From Oxalobacter sp. (GTDB lineage Bacteria; Pseudomonadota; Gammaproteobacteria; Burkholderiales; Burkholderiaceae_D), in assembly GCA_963618105.1 (NCBI GenBank), contig CAVERB010000101.1:884-64883 (forward strand): a DNA stretch of 64,000 nt, in the 5' to 3' direction. A program made the position numbers and the translations under genes. This document shows, piece after piece, positions 45,961-55,715 of this stretch (position 1 is the stretch's first letter; the number at the start of each line of letters is the position of its first letter). The notes under the pieces are model-generated. The model searched no databases and was not told where the DNA came from. It saw only the letters and a list, made by a program, of their open reading frames with translations.

Positions 45961-48900
45961 ATGCAGCAGAATCCGCAGCAAGAAAAACAGCTTCCTGAAG
46001 AACCGGAGACGTCTATGACGTTTACGGACAAGGAGGCTGTTTCTTTTTTACACAGGCATAGAAGACTGGTCTGGCTGGGAGGCGGCATTGTCGGTGTGTT
46101 GCTGGCGGTTTTCATCGGATTGATAACAGTTGCTAGTGTCTTGATGTCGAATATCGGACGTTACCATCAGGATATTGAGGAAGCTGCCAGCAAGACTCTC
46201 AAACACCCAGTCCGTTTTACTCGTATCCAATCCTATTGGCATGGACTGAATCCAGCGGTTTCCCTTGAACAACTCTCCATTGCAGATGATTCTGGTACGC
46301 CTCAACTGAAGCTGGAAAGCGTTGATGCTGTCGTGTCATGGAAATCGCTTCTGGTAATGGAACCCCGCCTTGCTTGCCTGCAAATCAATCATCCAGACCT
46401 GAATGTCAGCCGTGATGGACAAGGGCGCTTCCATATAGCAGGTATTCTTGTTGATCCTAATGACAAGCAAGACAACAGTATCAGCGATTGGCTGATGAAG
46501 CAGTCAGAAATTACGGTAACAGATGGTGTGGTGCATTGGCAGGATGATGTTCAGAAGCGTCCCGTCCTGGAGATTAGGGAGATTACCGGGTCGTTGACGA
46601 ACAGCAGTTCCAGCCATGATTTCACCATCCGTGCAGTACCGGTATTAGTAGGTGCTGAAGCAATGGCGCTAAAAGGTTCTTTCTCCATGCCTTCTGGCAG
46701 GAAAATGCCAGAATCGGTATCAATTGTCATGGATGACCTGGATATGGGGACGTTGGAAATGTTGATACCATATCTGCCAATTGATGAAGATCTGCTGCAT
46801 CAGTTACAGGGATACCAGTTCGCAGGGAGGCTTTCTGATATTGCTGTGACATGGTATTGCCAGGATGTGCCAACATGGTCGGTCAAAGGGGCTTTCAACA
46901 ATCTGGTATTGCGGGAAAAACCTGGCATAAAACGGCGTGAAGCAGACCGTTTACTGCCTGCGGGAATGGGGGTTGTAGGATTGACAGGAAAGATTGATGC
47001 CAGTCCGCAGGGAGGATCGCTTTTATTGGATTCAACCCGGACCGTATTGCTGCTGCCTGTTTATCCAACGGAAAACCCACAGACATTCGACAGCCTGAAG
47101 GCGGACCTTGTCTGGCGGCAATCGGAAGAGGAAGGGCTTGTCCTGGATATCCGTGAGATGACTTTCCGGCAGAATGCCGTCACAGGTAAGGCAACTGGGC
47201 AATATACTCGTAATCCGGCAGTTGGCAATGGCGGTGCCGGTTCGCTTGATCTGACAGCAGAAGTGGACAATCTGGCAGTCGCTGATGTCAAGCACTATAT
47301 CCCGTTGCAGACACCGAAAGCTTTGGCTGAATGGCTGACGGCTGCATTGAAGACAGGGATGGTCAGCAAGACCACCGCACGTATCAAGGGAAAAATCGGT
47401 GAAATACCCTATCCTGATGGGGAAGGTATTTTCGATATCCGGGCGAAACTGGTTGATGCGTCCATGAATTACACGCCATTCAACCGTTCTCCTGACGGTA
47501 AAAGACCGCTCTGGCCGGATCTTGACCATATCCAGGGAGAGTTCAGGATGGAAGGAAAGGCTATTACCATCCATGCAGACAGTGCGGCAACCCAGGGAGC
47601 AAATCTTCATGATGTGGATGTTGTCATTCCTGAAACCCTGAAAGGACCGCCAACACTGGAAATCAGCGGCTATTCTGATGGTCCGATGAAACATCAGCTT
47701 AATTTCGTCAATGCCTCACCTGTTTACGAGATGATCGGGCATCTGACAGAGAATACCATTGCATCAGGAGATGGCAGTGTCGATATCAAAATCCATCTCC
47801 CGTTGAACAACTTGAAAGAGACAACAGTCGATGGACATCTTAGGTTCCAAGGCAATGATATTGTCTTGCTGGAAGACCTGCCGGTGGTGTCAGGCACCCG
47901 GGGTGAATTGCATTTCACCCATCAGGGATTCATGCTGACGGATGTGGAAGGCCGTTTCCTGCATGAGCCTGTTTCCATCAATGGCGGGACCGTCAAGGGG
48001 GATACGTTCCATGTCAAGGCAGCAGGCACACTAAGTGGACAGGGTGTTCGCAAGACCTATACAACAGGTGCCATGAAGCATTTGGCAGGCGCTGTGATCG
48101 GTCATGCACCGTTCATCGTAGATATCGAAAAGGGCAATATCCTGATTTCAACAGACCTGAAAGGTATTGGGCTTAACTTGCCAGCACCACTCGGTAAGCC
48201 AATTGGAACAATGGTGCCGTTACGGGTGCGTCTGAAGGATATGCCTTCAAGAGGAACCGTCAGTCAGGATGAGTTGTCTGTCAATTATGGAGAAGGCCGT
48301 ACAGCCAGGTATCTCCGTACCAAGACAGGGCATGATCGTTACTGGCGGGTAGCGCAAGGCGGTTTTGGTATCAACCGTCCAGCTGTTGTCAAAGAAGGCT
48401 TGATGGTGAATGCGGATGTTCGCCATTTTGATCTGAATGAATGGATTGATTTCATTGTTGGTTTCTATGCCAGTGCAGGTACCTCTGCTTCTGGCAGGCA
48501 ATCATCCGGCGGTGGTTTGCTTCAGTATCTTGAGCCACATTGGTTCAACTTGAAAGCTTCGGTATTTGATGCTTTCGGGCTCAGGGCAAGGCAGGCTGTG
48601 GCAGAAGGTTCCCGTCACAATGGACGTTGGGAAATCAATGCAAAGGCGGATATATTGGATGGACATATTGTTTATATCGAGAATAATGCTGACCATCCGC
48701 ATGGCTATCTACAGGCAAGATTGAAAGATTTTGATGTGGCATGGAAGTCCATCAAGCCCCATGATGGTTCCTCGGGCAAGCGTACTGAATACCGTGGTGC
48801 ATTGCCTTCAATGGATATCGAGACAGAGAATCTGGGGCTGCTTGACCGTCATGAACTGGGTAAGGCAGTGCTGAAAGCGGAAAGTGTCAAGCGGTCAAAT

Positions 48901-49629
48901 GGCAATGAATGGCTGATTAGGCAGTTGCGTATCAGTAATGAGGATGCTTTCGTGGAAGCGACAGGGAGATGGACCGCATTGCCCGGAAGCCATCCAACGA
49001 TCCAACTGGATTTCCAACTAAATGTTTCTAATGAAGGCAATTTGTTAAAACGGTTGTTGTTTGATGGTTTGTTGAAAGGGGGAGTCGCTGTCTATAAAGG
49101 CAATATCCATTGGCGGGGACTGCCGTTTGTGCCTGATTTCAATTCCATGTCAGGCAACCTGTCATCGAACCATACCAATGGACAGATTGTGAAAATCAAA
49201 CCAGGTGCCGCCAAATTGCTGAGTGTCCTCAGCCTTCAGTCCCTGCCGCGTCGCATGGGGATGGATTTCAGAGACCTGGTGGCGGAAGGGTTTTCTTATG
49301 ACAGTGTTGCAGGTGATTATGTCATTACGGATGGCATCATGAAAACAGAGAATCTGCAAATAATCGGGTTGCCAGCCGAAGTGGATTTAAAAGGCATCAT
49401 CAATATCGTTGATATGACACAGGATCTGGAAGCAGAAATTAGGCCGGAAATCAATGCTGCGGGTGCATCCATTGCAGTCGGATTGATCAATCCGATTGTC
49501 GGTGTAGGCACATTTCTTGCGCAGACCTTGGCAAGGGAACCGTTGAAACAGAACTTCACCTATCACTATCGCATCACAGGCAGTTGGGCTTCTCCGGTTG
49601 TTGAGATAATGGATAAGGACAAACATTAG
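45961..49629 (+). CDS. yhdP: YhdP family (AsmA-like, DUF3971) envelope lipid-transport protein
   Basis: About 1220 aa with an N-terminal TM segment (WLGGGIVGVLLAVFIGLITV), a long beta-rich body, and the C-terminal ending NFTYHYRITGSWASPVV. Its position next to nit and tldD is the same as in other proteobacteria. ATG 45961 is preferred to TTG 45955. Confidence 0.8.
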   Translation: MQQNPQQEKQLPEEPETSMTFTDKEAVSFLHRHRRLVWLGGGIVGVLLAVFIGLITVASVLMSNIGRYHQDIEEAASKTLKHPVRFTRIQSYWHGLNPAVSLEQLSIADDSGTPQLKLESVDAVVSWKSLLVMEPRLACLQINHPDLNVSRDGQGRFHIAGILVDPNDKQDNSISDWLMKQSEITVTDGVVHWQDDVQKRPVLEIREITGSLTNSSSSHDFTIRAVPVLVGAEAMALKGSFSMPSGRKMPESVSIVMDDLDMGTLEMLIPYLPIDEDLLHQLQGYQFAGRLSDIAVTWYCQDVPTWSVKGAFNNLVLREKPGIKRREADRLLPAGMGVVGLTGKIDASPQGGSLLLDSTRTVLLLPVYPTENPQTFDSLKADLVWRQSEEEGLVLDIREMTFRQNAVTGKATGQYTRNPAVGNGGAGSLDLTAEVDNLAVADVKHYIPLQTPKALAEWLTAALKTGMVSKTTARIKGKIGEIPYPDGEGIFDIRAKLVDASMNYTPFNRSPDGKRPLWPDLDHIQGEFRMEGKAITIHADSAATQGANLHDVDVVIPETLKGPPTLEISGYSDGPMKHQLNFVNASPVYEMIGHLTENTIASGDGSVDIKIHLPLNNLKETTVDGHLRFQGNDIVLLEDLPVVSGTRGELHFTHQGFMLTDVEGRFLHEPVSINGGTVKGDTFHVKAAGTLSGQGVRKTYTTGAMKHLAGAVIGHAPFIVDIEKGNILISTDLKGIGLNLPAPLGKPIGTMVPLRVRLKDMPSRGTVSQDELSVNYGEGRTARYLRTKTGHDRYWRVAQGGFGINRPAVVKEGLMVNADVRHFDLNEWIDFIVGFYASAGTSASGRQSSGGGLLQYLEPHWFNLKASVFDAFGLRARQAVAEGSRHNGRWEINAKADILDGHIVYIENNADHPHGYLQARLKDFDVAWKSIKPHDGSSGKRTEYRGALPSMDIETENLGLLDRHELGKAVLKAESVKRSNGNEWLIRQLRISNEDAFVEATGRWTALPGSHPTIQLDFQLNVSNEGNLLKRLLFDGLLKGGVAVYKGNIHWRGLPFVPDFNSMSGNLSSNHTNGQIVKIKPGAAKLLSVLSLQSLPRRMGMDFRDLVAEGFSYDSVAGDYVITDGIMKTENLQIIGLPAEVDLKGIINIVDMTQDLEAEIRPEINAAGASIAVGLINPIVGVGTFLAQTLAREPLKQNFTYHYRITGSWASPVVEIMDKDKH

Positions 49630-49678
49630 AACAGGGAACGAGGATAGGTTCAATCAGTCAGAGAAAATGGAGGGAAGC

Positions 49679-50476
49679 ATGGCAAAAGTCGCAGCTGTGC
49701 AGATGGTGTCAACACCTACTATCAGTGAAAACATGGTTACAGCGGCACGGTTAATTGCTGAGGCTGCCGACAAGGGCGCAGAACTAGTGCTTTTGCCGGA
49801 GTATTGGCCAGCTATTGGTCGTAAGGATATTGAGAAACTGAATGATGCAGAGCCTTACGGCAATGGACCTGTACAGGATTTCATGGCGAAGACAGCCCAG
49901 AAACATCATATCTGGTTGATTGGCGGCACGCTTTCGCTGGTTTCGCCAGAACCCAACAAGGTATTGAATACAACGTTGGTTTATCGTCCGGATGGTGCCA
50001 ATATCGCCCGTTATGACAAGATTCATCTGTTCGGTTTTGCCACCGAGCGCGAAGCCTACGATGAATCCAAGGTTATCAGCCGTGGTGATTCGATCACAGC
50101 ATTTGATGCCCCGTTTGGCAGGGTTGGTCTGTCTGTCTGTTATGACTTGCGTTTTCCAGAGCTCTATCGCGCATTGGGCGACTGCAGTCTGATGGTCGTT
50201 CCTGCAGCGTTCACCTATACAACGGGGCAGGTGCATTGGGAAATCCTGCTTCGGGCCCGTGCTATTGAGAACCAGACATACATTCTTGCTGCAGCCCAAG
50301 GGGGCCGTCATCCCACAGGCCGCCGTACCTGGGGACATTCCATGTTGATTGACCCATGGGGACAGATCCGGTCAGTCTGTGTTGAAGGGGAGGGGTTGGC
50401 TATCGGTGAGATTGACATCGAGCTGCTGTCTGCTATCCGGGAAAAACTGCCAGCATTAAGGCACAGGCAGCTCTAA
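49679..50476 (+). CDS. carbon-nitrogen hydrolase (nitrilase superfamily, Nit-like)
   Basis: [15 protein letters not shown] (catalytic Glu), YDKIHLF (Lys) and [14 protein letters not shown] (Cys). ATG 49679 follows GGAGGGA; ATG 49667 is possible. Confidence 0.8.
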   Translation: MAKVAAVQMVSTPTISENMVTAARLIAEAADKGAELVLLPEYWPAIGRKDIEKLNDAEPYGNGPVQDFMAKTAQKHHIWLIGGTLSLVSPEPNKVLNTTLVYRPDGANIARYDKIHLFGFATEREAYDESKVISRGDSITAFDAPFGRVGLSVCYDLRFPELYRALGDCSLMVVPAAFTYTTGQVHWEILLRARAIENQTYILAAAQGGRHPTGRRTWGHSMLIDPWGQIRSVCVEGEGLAIGEIDIELLSAIREKLPALRHRQL

Positions 50477-50543
50477 TTTTCCTGACAGCCTGTCAGCAGA
50501 TACATTAAAATCAGCGATTGATGGAATTTCAGGATTGCGTTTC

Positions 50544-52007
50544 ATGTCTTCAACGAATCTTCCCGCAGACAATCTGGCATTAGCAGAAACCGTGCTGCTA
50601 GAACCCTTTGGACTGGATGAAGCAGTATTGATGCGTACCATGGGAGAAATTTTCACCCATCAGGTTGATTATGCTGATATGTATTTCCAGTTCACAAAAA
50701 ACGAAGGATGGAGTCTGGAAGACGGCATGGTCAAATCCGGCAGTTTTTCTATCGAAAAAGGGGTTGGTGTTCGGGCTGTCTCAGGGGATAAGACGGCTTT
50801 TTCCTATTCTGATGAGATTTCCCTGGAAGCATTACGCAGTGCCGCTTCCGCAGTACGGACAATCGGCCGTCAAGGGGCCGGAACAGCAGCGCTTTCTTCA
50901 CATCTGACGTCATTGGATACCCGGACATTGTATTTGCCAGAAGATCCTTTTCAGACACTGTCTGCAACGGAAAAAGTTGCATTGCTTGAAAAAGTGGAGA
51001 AACTTGCTAAAGCTGCCGATCCACGTATTGTCCAGGTCATGGCAGGTCTGGCAGGGGAATACGATGTGGTGCTGGTTGTTCGGAGTGACGGGAAGTTGGC
51101 TGCGGATATCAGACCGCTGATCCGTTTGTCGGTGACAGTGATTGCGGAAGAGAACGGCCGTCGGGAAGTTGGTAGCAGCGGTGGCGGAGGACGTTTTGGT
51201 TATGGGTACTTTACCGATGAAGTCGTCAGGCAGTATGTGGATCAGGCAGTGCATTCCGCTGTAACGATGCTCAGTGCCCGTCCTGCTCCGGCAGGACCGA
51301 TGACTGTTGTATTGGGCGCAGGCTGGCCAGGCGTATTGCTGCATGAAGCAGTTGGGCATGGTCTTGAAGGAGATTTCAATCGCAAAGGGTCAAGCGCTTT
51401 TTCTGGACTGTTGGGTCAGACAGTCGCTGCTGGCAATATCACCGTCATTGATGACGGGACTATTGCAGACCGCCGGGGATCGCTGAATATGGATGATGAA
51501 GGCAATCAAACTCAGCGTAATGTATTGATTGAGAATGGTGTGCTCAAAGGCTATCTTCAGGATTCCCTGAATGCCCGCTTGATGAAAATGCCGGTTACAG
51601 GCAATGGCCGCCGTCAGTCTTATGCACATCTGCCGATTCCCCGCATGACAAACACTTTCATGCTGGGTGGTGACAAGGATCCTGCTGAAATCATCGCTTC
51701 TGTGGAAAAAGGTCTTTTTGCCGCTAATTTTGGGGGAGGACAGGTTGACATCACCAGTGGCAAGTTTGTCTTTTCAGCAAGTGAAGCCTACCTCATAGAG
51801 AATGGCAGAATCACTTACCCTGTGAAAGGGGCAACCCTGATTGGTAATGGTCCTGATGTTCTCAAACGGGTGTCAATGGTAGGCAATGACCTGCAGTTGG
51901 ATTCAGGGATTGGTGTCTGCGGCAAAGAAGGGCAGAGCGTTCCTGTGGGGGTTGGTATGCCAACGATCCGTCTGGATGGGATGACGGTAGGCGGTACGGC
52001 TGGTTAA
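50544..52007 (+). CDS. tldD: metalloprotease TldD
   Basis: [43 protein letters not shown] (HExxxH-type motif) and the ending [28 protein letters not shown]. Confidence 0.92.
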   Translation: MSSTNLPADNLALAETVLLEPFGLDEAVLMRTMGEIFTHQVDYADMYFQFTKNEGWSLEDGMVKSGSFSIEKGVGVRAVSGDKTAFSYSDEISLEALRSAASAVRTIGRQGAGTAALSSHLTSLDTRTLYLPEDPFQTLSATEKVALLEKVEKLAKAADPRIVQVMAGLAGEYDVVLVVRSDGKLAADIRPLIRLSVTVIAEENGRREVGSSGGGGRFGYGYFTDEVVRQYVDQAVHSAVTMLSARPAPAGPMTVVLGAGWPGVLLHEAVGHGLEGDFNRKGSSAFSGLLGQTVAAGNITVIDDGTIADRRGSLNMDDEGNQTQRNVLIENGVLKGYLQDSLNARLMKMPVTGNGRRQSYAHLPIPRMTNTFMLGGDKDPAEIIASVEKGLFAANFGGGQVDITSGKFVFSASEAYLIENGRITYPVKGATLIGNGPDVLKRVSMVGNDLQLDSGIGVCGKEGQSVPVGVGMPTIRLDGMTVGGTAG

Positions 52008-52017
52008 CGGAAAAGTT

Positions 52018-52046
52018 TTGTCAGCTGTCAAAAACTGGTTTACAAT
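52018..52046 (+). promoter_or_regulatory. sigma70-type promoter candidate for the aroG leader
   Basis: TTGTCA (52018-52023), a 17-nt spacer, then TACAAT (52041-52046), located 11 nt after the tldD stop. Confidence 0.5.
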
Positions 52047-52077
52047 GAATCAGTTGATTGAAAAGGGCGTTTTGTAA

Positions 52078-52137
52078 ATGTTGCGTTTTTCCCGATTTTA
52101 TTTCTTTTTCTTTAGCCGTTTGCCCCAAAGGCGGTGA
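52078..52137 (+). CDS. Phe-rich leader peptide (19 aa) of a transcription attenuator
   Basis: Own translation: ATG TTG CGT TTT TCC CGA TTT TAT TTC TTT TTC TTT AGC CGT TTG CCC CAA AGG CGG TGA = MLRFSRFYFFFFSRLPQRR. AAGGG lies 10 nt upstream. It is below the ORF-track size cutoff. Confidence 0.6.
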   Translation: MLRFSRFYFFFFSRLPQRR

Positions 52138-52176
52138 AAGGTCGGGTCACAACTGTACAAAACCGAAAGCATACCG

Positions 52177-52207
52177 AAAACCGCCAGAAGAAACTGGCGG
52201 TTTTTTT
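52177..52207 (+). terminator. rho-independent terminator (attenuator) 23 nt upstream of aroG
   Basis: ACCGCCAG (52180-52187), the loop AAGAAA, then CTGGCGGT (52194-52201), followed by T7 (52201-52207). The upstream GGCGGT (52130-52135) can pair instead with ACCGCC (52180-52185). Confidence 0.75.
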
Positions 52208-52229
52208 ATATACCTGAAGGAAACCTATC

Positions 52230-53294
52230 ATGCAAAAACCAATTGATGATCTGCGTATTGTCGCAATGAAAGAATTGACGCCTCCATCCAACTTGATCAG
52301 TGCTTTCCCATGCCGGGCAGAAACGGCAAGAACAGTGACAGATTGCCGTGATGAAATCCATAATGTCCTGCAGGGCGAGGATGACCGTCTGGTGGCGATT
52401 GTCGGACCATGCTCCATCCATGATCCAAAAGCAGCGGCAGAATATGCAGAACGTCTGAGAGCGGAACGTGAACGTTATAAAGATGACCTGATTATCCTGA
52501 TGCGGGTCTATTTCGAAAAACCGAGAACGACTATTGGCTGGAAAGGGCTGATCAATGATCCGTTCCTTGACCAGAGTTACCGTATCAATGAAGGATTGCA
52601 TATTGCTCGTGAACTGTTGCAGACAGTGAACATGATGGGATTGCCTGCGGCAACAGAATTTCTCGACATGATCAGCCCGCAATATATCGCCGACATGGTC
52701 AGTTGGGGAGCGATCGGGGCACGTACCACAGAATCCCAGGTTCACCGTGAATTGTCTTCCGGACTGTCCTGCCCTGTGGGATTCAAGAATGGGACAGACG
52801 GCAATGTGAAGATTGCCATTGATGCCATCAAGGCAGCTTCCCATCCCCATCATTTCCTGTCTGTCACCAAGAGCGGGCATACTGCAATCTTCCAGACACA
52901 GGGTAATCAGGACTGCCATATCATCCTGCGTGGCGGCTTCAAGCCAAACTATGATCCTGAGAGTGTGAACGCTGCAACACAGGCATTGGAAAGCAATGGC
53001 ATTACGCCCAATATCATGATTGATGCTTCTCATGGCAACAGTTCCAAGAAAGCAGAAAATCAGGTACCTGTCTGTGAAAACATTGCGGAAAATATTGCAG
53101 GAGGCAACCGACATATCATCGGTGTCATGATTGAATCGAATCTGGTGGCAGGGTGTCAGGATCTGGGAGATGGTAAAAACCTGACATATGGCCAGTCAAT
53201 CACCGATGCCTGCCTGGGCTGGCAGGACAGCAGTATGCTGCTGGGGAAACTGGCGGAAGCTGTTCGCCGCCGTCGTGATGCGAAAAAGCAATGA
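52230..53294 (+). CDS. aroG: 3-deoxy-7-phosphoheptulonate (DAHP) synthase, class I-alpha
   Basis: DDLRIVAMKELTPP, IVGPCSIHDPKAAAEYA, RVYFEKPRTTIGWKGLINDP, GARTTESQVHRELSSGLSCPVGFKNGTDG and IDASHGNS. The Phe-isozyme label is inferred from the Phe leader only. Confidence 0.88.
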   Translation: MQKPIDDLRIVAMKELTPPSNLISAFPCRAETARTVTDCRDEIHNVLQGEDDRLVAIVGPCSIHDPKAAAEYAERLRAERERYKDDLIILMRVYFEKPRTTIGWKGLINDPFLDQSYRINEGLHIARELLQTVNMMGLPAATEFLDMISPQYIADMVSWGAIGARTTESQVHRELSSGLSCPVGFKNGTDGNVKIAIDAIKAASHPHHFLSVTKSGHTAIFQTQGNQDCHIILRGGFKPNYDPESVNAATQALESNGITPNIMIDASHGNSSKKAENQVPVCENIAENIAGGNRHIIGVMIESNLVAGCQDLGDGKNLTYGQSITDACLGWQDSSMLLGKLAEAVRRRRDAKKQ

Positions 53295-53305
53295 TTCCTC
53301 AGCGG

Positions 53306-53347
53306 AAAAATCCCTTGACTGGCAATGATTCGGTCAAGGGAATTTTT
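53306..53347. terminator. bidirectional rho-independent terminator between convergent aroG and yajQ
   Basis: A5 (53306-53310), TCCCTTGAC (53311-53319), a 13-nt loop, GTCAAGGGA (53333-53341), then T5 (53343-53347). Confidence 0.65.
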
Positions 53348-53375
53348 CCTGTTTTCGGAAAGACCTGTCAGGACA

Positions 53376-53861
53376 TCAGTTGCGGAAATTGTTGAATTCC
53401 AATGGAATGTCCTTGACCTTCTCACGAAGCATCTGCATGGTTGCCTGAAGATCGTCTTTCTTGTTGCCGGTGACACGGACAGTTTCACCTTGGATGCTTG
53501 CCTGGACTTTCAGTTTGTTGTCCTTGACCAGTTTGACGATTTTCTTTGCCATGTCTGACTGAATGCCGTTCTTGACAGTGACAATCTGTTTTACCTTGTC
53601 GCCGCCGATTTTCTCAATCTTGGATTCTTCCAGGAAACGGACATCAACCTTGCGCTTGGTCATTTTATTAATCAGAACATCCCTGACCTGACCCAGCTGG
53701 AAATCAGAATCGGCAAAAACCGTCAGTTCAGCAGCTTTCTGTTCCACACGGGCATCGCTGCCACGAAAATCGAAGCGGGTGCCTATTTCCTTGTTTGCCT
53801 GATCGACAGCATTGCGTACCTCGACCATATCTGCTTCAGAAACAACATCAAAAGATGGCAT
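53376..53861 (-). CDS. yajQ: YajQ family nucleotide/cyclic-di-GMP-binding protein (UPF0234)
   Basis: [35 protein letters not shown]...[20 protein letters not shown]. Length is 161 aa. Confidence 0.9.
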   Translation of the reverse strand: MPSFDVVSEADMVEVRNAVDQANKEIGTRFDFRGSDARVEQKAAELTVFADSDFQLGQVRDVLINKMTKRKVDVRFLEESKIEKIGGDKVKQIVTVKNGIQSDMAKKIVKLVKDNKLKVQASIQGETVRVTGNKKDDLQATMQMLREKVKDIPLEFNNFRN

Positions 53862-53947
53862 AGTATCCCTTTCATCAAAAACCTCGGACCGAGGCTGTCA
53901 ATATTTATCAAACAGCAGGCATTTTACCGAATATTTTCCGGGATATG

Positions 53948-54511
53948 TCATGCCCACGGATTGGCGTTTTCCGGTTCACGGATTCCTGCCAGCAGGAATT
54001 GCTCCCAGAGATACCATTTTCCGTCTTTGGCAAGTCGCAGTTTCACAGAACGCGGAGAATCTGCGCCGCCTGAACGGAGATACAAATTGGCATAATTGGT
54101 TTCTTGGTAGGAATAAGGGTTTTCACTGACAGTAATGGTATAAGGTTCACCCGGCATGTAATTATTCTTGGGTGTTGCGCCTGTAAAGTAAGATCGGGGG
54201 ACATAATCCTTGTCACGGAAGCGGTCAGCGATGAACTGCCTTTCCATCGGACTCAGTGGACGGGGCCCCCGCAAGTAATCAAGCATTTGCAGGGACAGGT
54301 TCTTGTCGTCAGGGTAGAAACAAAGAGCCAGTACTGTCAGGGCAGCGGTATCGAATGGCGTTGAAAGGGATGCCTGTGGCAGTGATTTGAAGGCATCCAA
54401 TGTTTCCGGCAGGTTTGGGAACACAATGTCCATACTGCGGTTTCCTGCGGAATCTGCTGCAGTCTGGGTAGCTGGGGAGGAATTGCTTTTCAGTTTGTCA
54501 AAGAGTGCCAT
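53948..54511 (-). CDS. hypothetical protein, no family recognised
   Basis: 187-aa ORF, co-directional with yajQ and 86 nt upstream of it. No signal peptide. GGAGAAAGA SD upstream of ATG 54511. Confidence 0.55.
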   Translation of the reverse strand: MALFDKLKSNSSPATQTAADSAGNRSMDIVFPNLPETLDAFKSLPQASLSTPFDTAALTVLALCFYPDDKNLSLQMLDYLRGPRPLSPMERQFIADRFRDKDYVPRSYFTGATPKNNYMPGEPYTITVSENPYSYQETNYANLYLRSGGADSPRSVKLRLAKDGKWYLWEQFLLAGIREPENANPWA

Positions 54512-54680
54512 CAGTCTTTCTCCTTGGCTAAGGTTGATCCTGGTACCTGCAAAAAGCTTTCATCAATGATGATTGCCCTGCAACGGGTGCTTGCAAAAAA
54601 CTCGACAGGGCACCCAGGTAATCTTAAGATGATACTTTGTTTAATGCTGTTAAGCCATCTTATTCTTGTATTTGACAACC

Positions 54681-55712
54681 ATGAATATCAGTACAGCGCT
54701 TCAGAAAGAAGTTTCCCTGAAAGCACTCAATACATTCGGTATTGATGCTATTGCTGCCAATTATCTGGAAATCCATGGTATCCAGGACTTGGAGAAGGTG
54801 TACCAAGATGAATCTCTTCGGAAAATGCCTCGTCTGATCTTGGGAGGCGGCAGTAACCTGTTGCTGACATCAGAACGCTTTGACGGACTGGTCCTGAGGA
54901 TGGTTAACAAAGGCATCACGATTGAGCGTGATGATGGCAATGCCGTATATCTTCGAGTTTCAGCAGGCGAAAAATGGCATGATTTTGTCATGTGGACTTT
55001 GCGGAACGGTTATCCAGGGCTGGAAAACATGTCATTGATCCCTGGTACAGTCGGTGCTGCGCCTGTCCAGAATATCGGTGCTTACGGGGTGGAACTGAAA
55101 GACCATTTCTATTCCTTGCGGGCATTTGATTTCCAGACAGGGCAAATGGTTGAACTGGACCGTGAAGACTGTGATTTTTCTTACCGGGACAGCATTTTCA
55201 AACATGCGATGAAAGACCGTCTGGTCATTACCGACCTGACGTTTGTTTTGCCCAAAGCCTGGAAGCCCAATATCGGTTATGGCGATGTGGCAAAGACTTT
55301 GAAGGAAAAGGGGATTACAGAGCCGACCGCTGAACAGGTCAGCCAAGCGGTTATCGCTATTCGCCAGCGAAAGCTGCCAGATCCCGCTGTACAGGGCAAT
55401 GCAGGCAGTTTCTTTCAGAATCCAACCGTAACGGCTGAACAAATGGTTTCTCTGAAAAAGATATATCCCGATATGCCCTCTTATCCCCAGCTGGACGGCA
55501 GGTTTCGGATTGCCGCAGGCTGGCTGATTGACCAGTGTGGTTGGAAAGGCAGGCAGATGGGGCAGGCCGGTGTCTGTGCGACACAGGCATTGGTGTTGGT
55601 GAACTGTGGCGGTGTCAAAGGTCAGGAAGTCGCTGAATTGGCAAAGGCCATCCAGACAGATGTCCAAACCAGGTTCGGCATCCTGCTGGTGCCGGAACCT
55701 GTCTTTATCTGA
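54681..55712 (+). CDS. murB: UDP-N-acetylenolpyruvoylglucosamine reductase
   Basis: LKALNTFGIDA, ILGGGSNLL, PGTVGAAPVQNIGAYG, FSYRDSIFK, GSFFQNP and AAGWLIDQCGWKG. ATG 54681 is preferred to TTG 54666. Confidence 0.9.
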   Translation: MNISTALQKEVSLKALNTFGIDAIAANYLEIHGIQDLEKVYQDESLRKMPRLILGGGSNLLLTSERFDGLVLRMVNKGITIERDDGNAVYLRVSAGEKWHDFVMWTLRNGYPGLENMSLIPGTVGAAPVQNIGAYGVELKDHFYSLRAFDFQTGQMVELDREDCDFSYRDSIFKHAMKDRLVITDLTFVLPKAWKPNIGYGDVAKTLKEKGITEPTAEQVSQAVIAIRQRKLPDPAVQGNAGSFFQNPTVTAEQMVSLKKIYPDMPSYPQLDGRFRIAAGWLIDQCGWKGRQMGQAGVCATQALVLVNCGGVKGQEVAELAKAIQTDVQTRFGILLVPEPVFI

Positions 55713-55715
55713 TGT

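Noticed and set aside
52058-52246. The 62-aa ORF in the track that spans the tldD-aroG spacer and runs into aroG.
   Set aside because: It starts at TTG, crosses the intrinsic terminator and the aroG start in another frame, and has no SD. The region is better explained by the 19-codon Phe leader plus attenuator.
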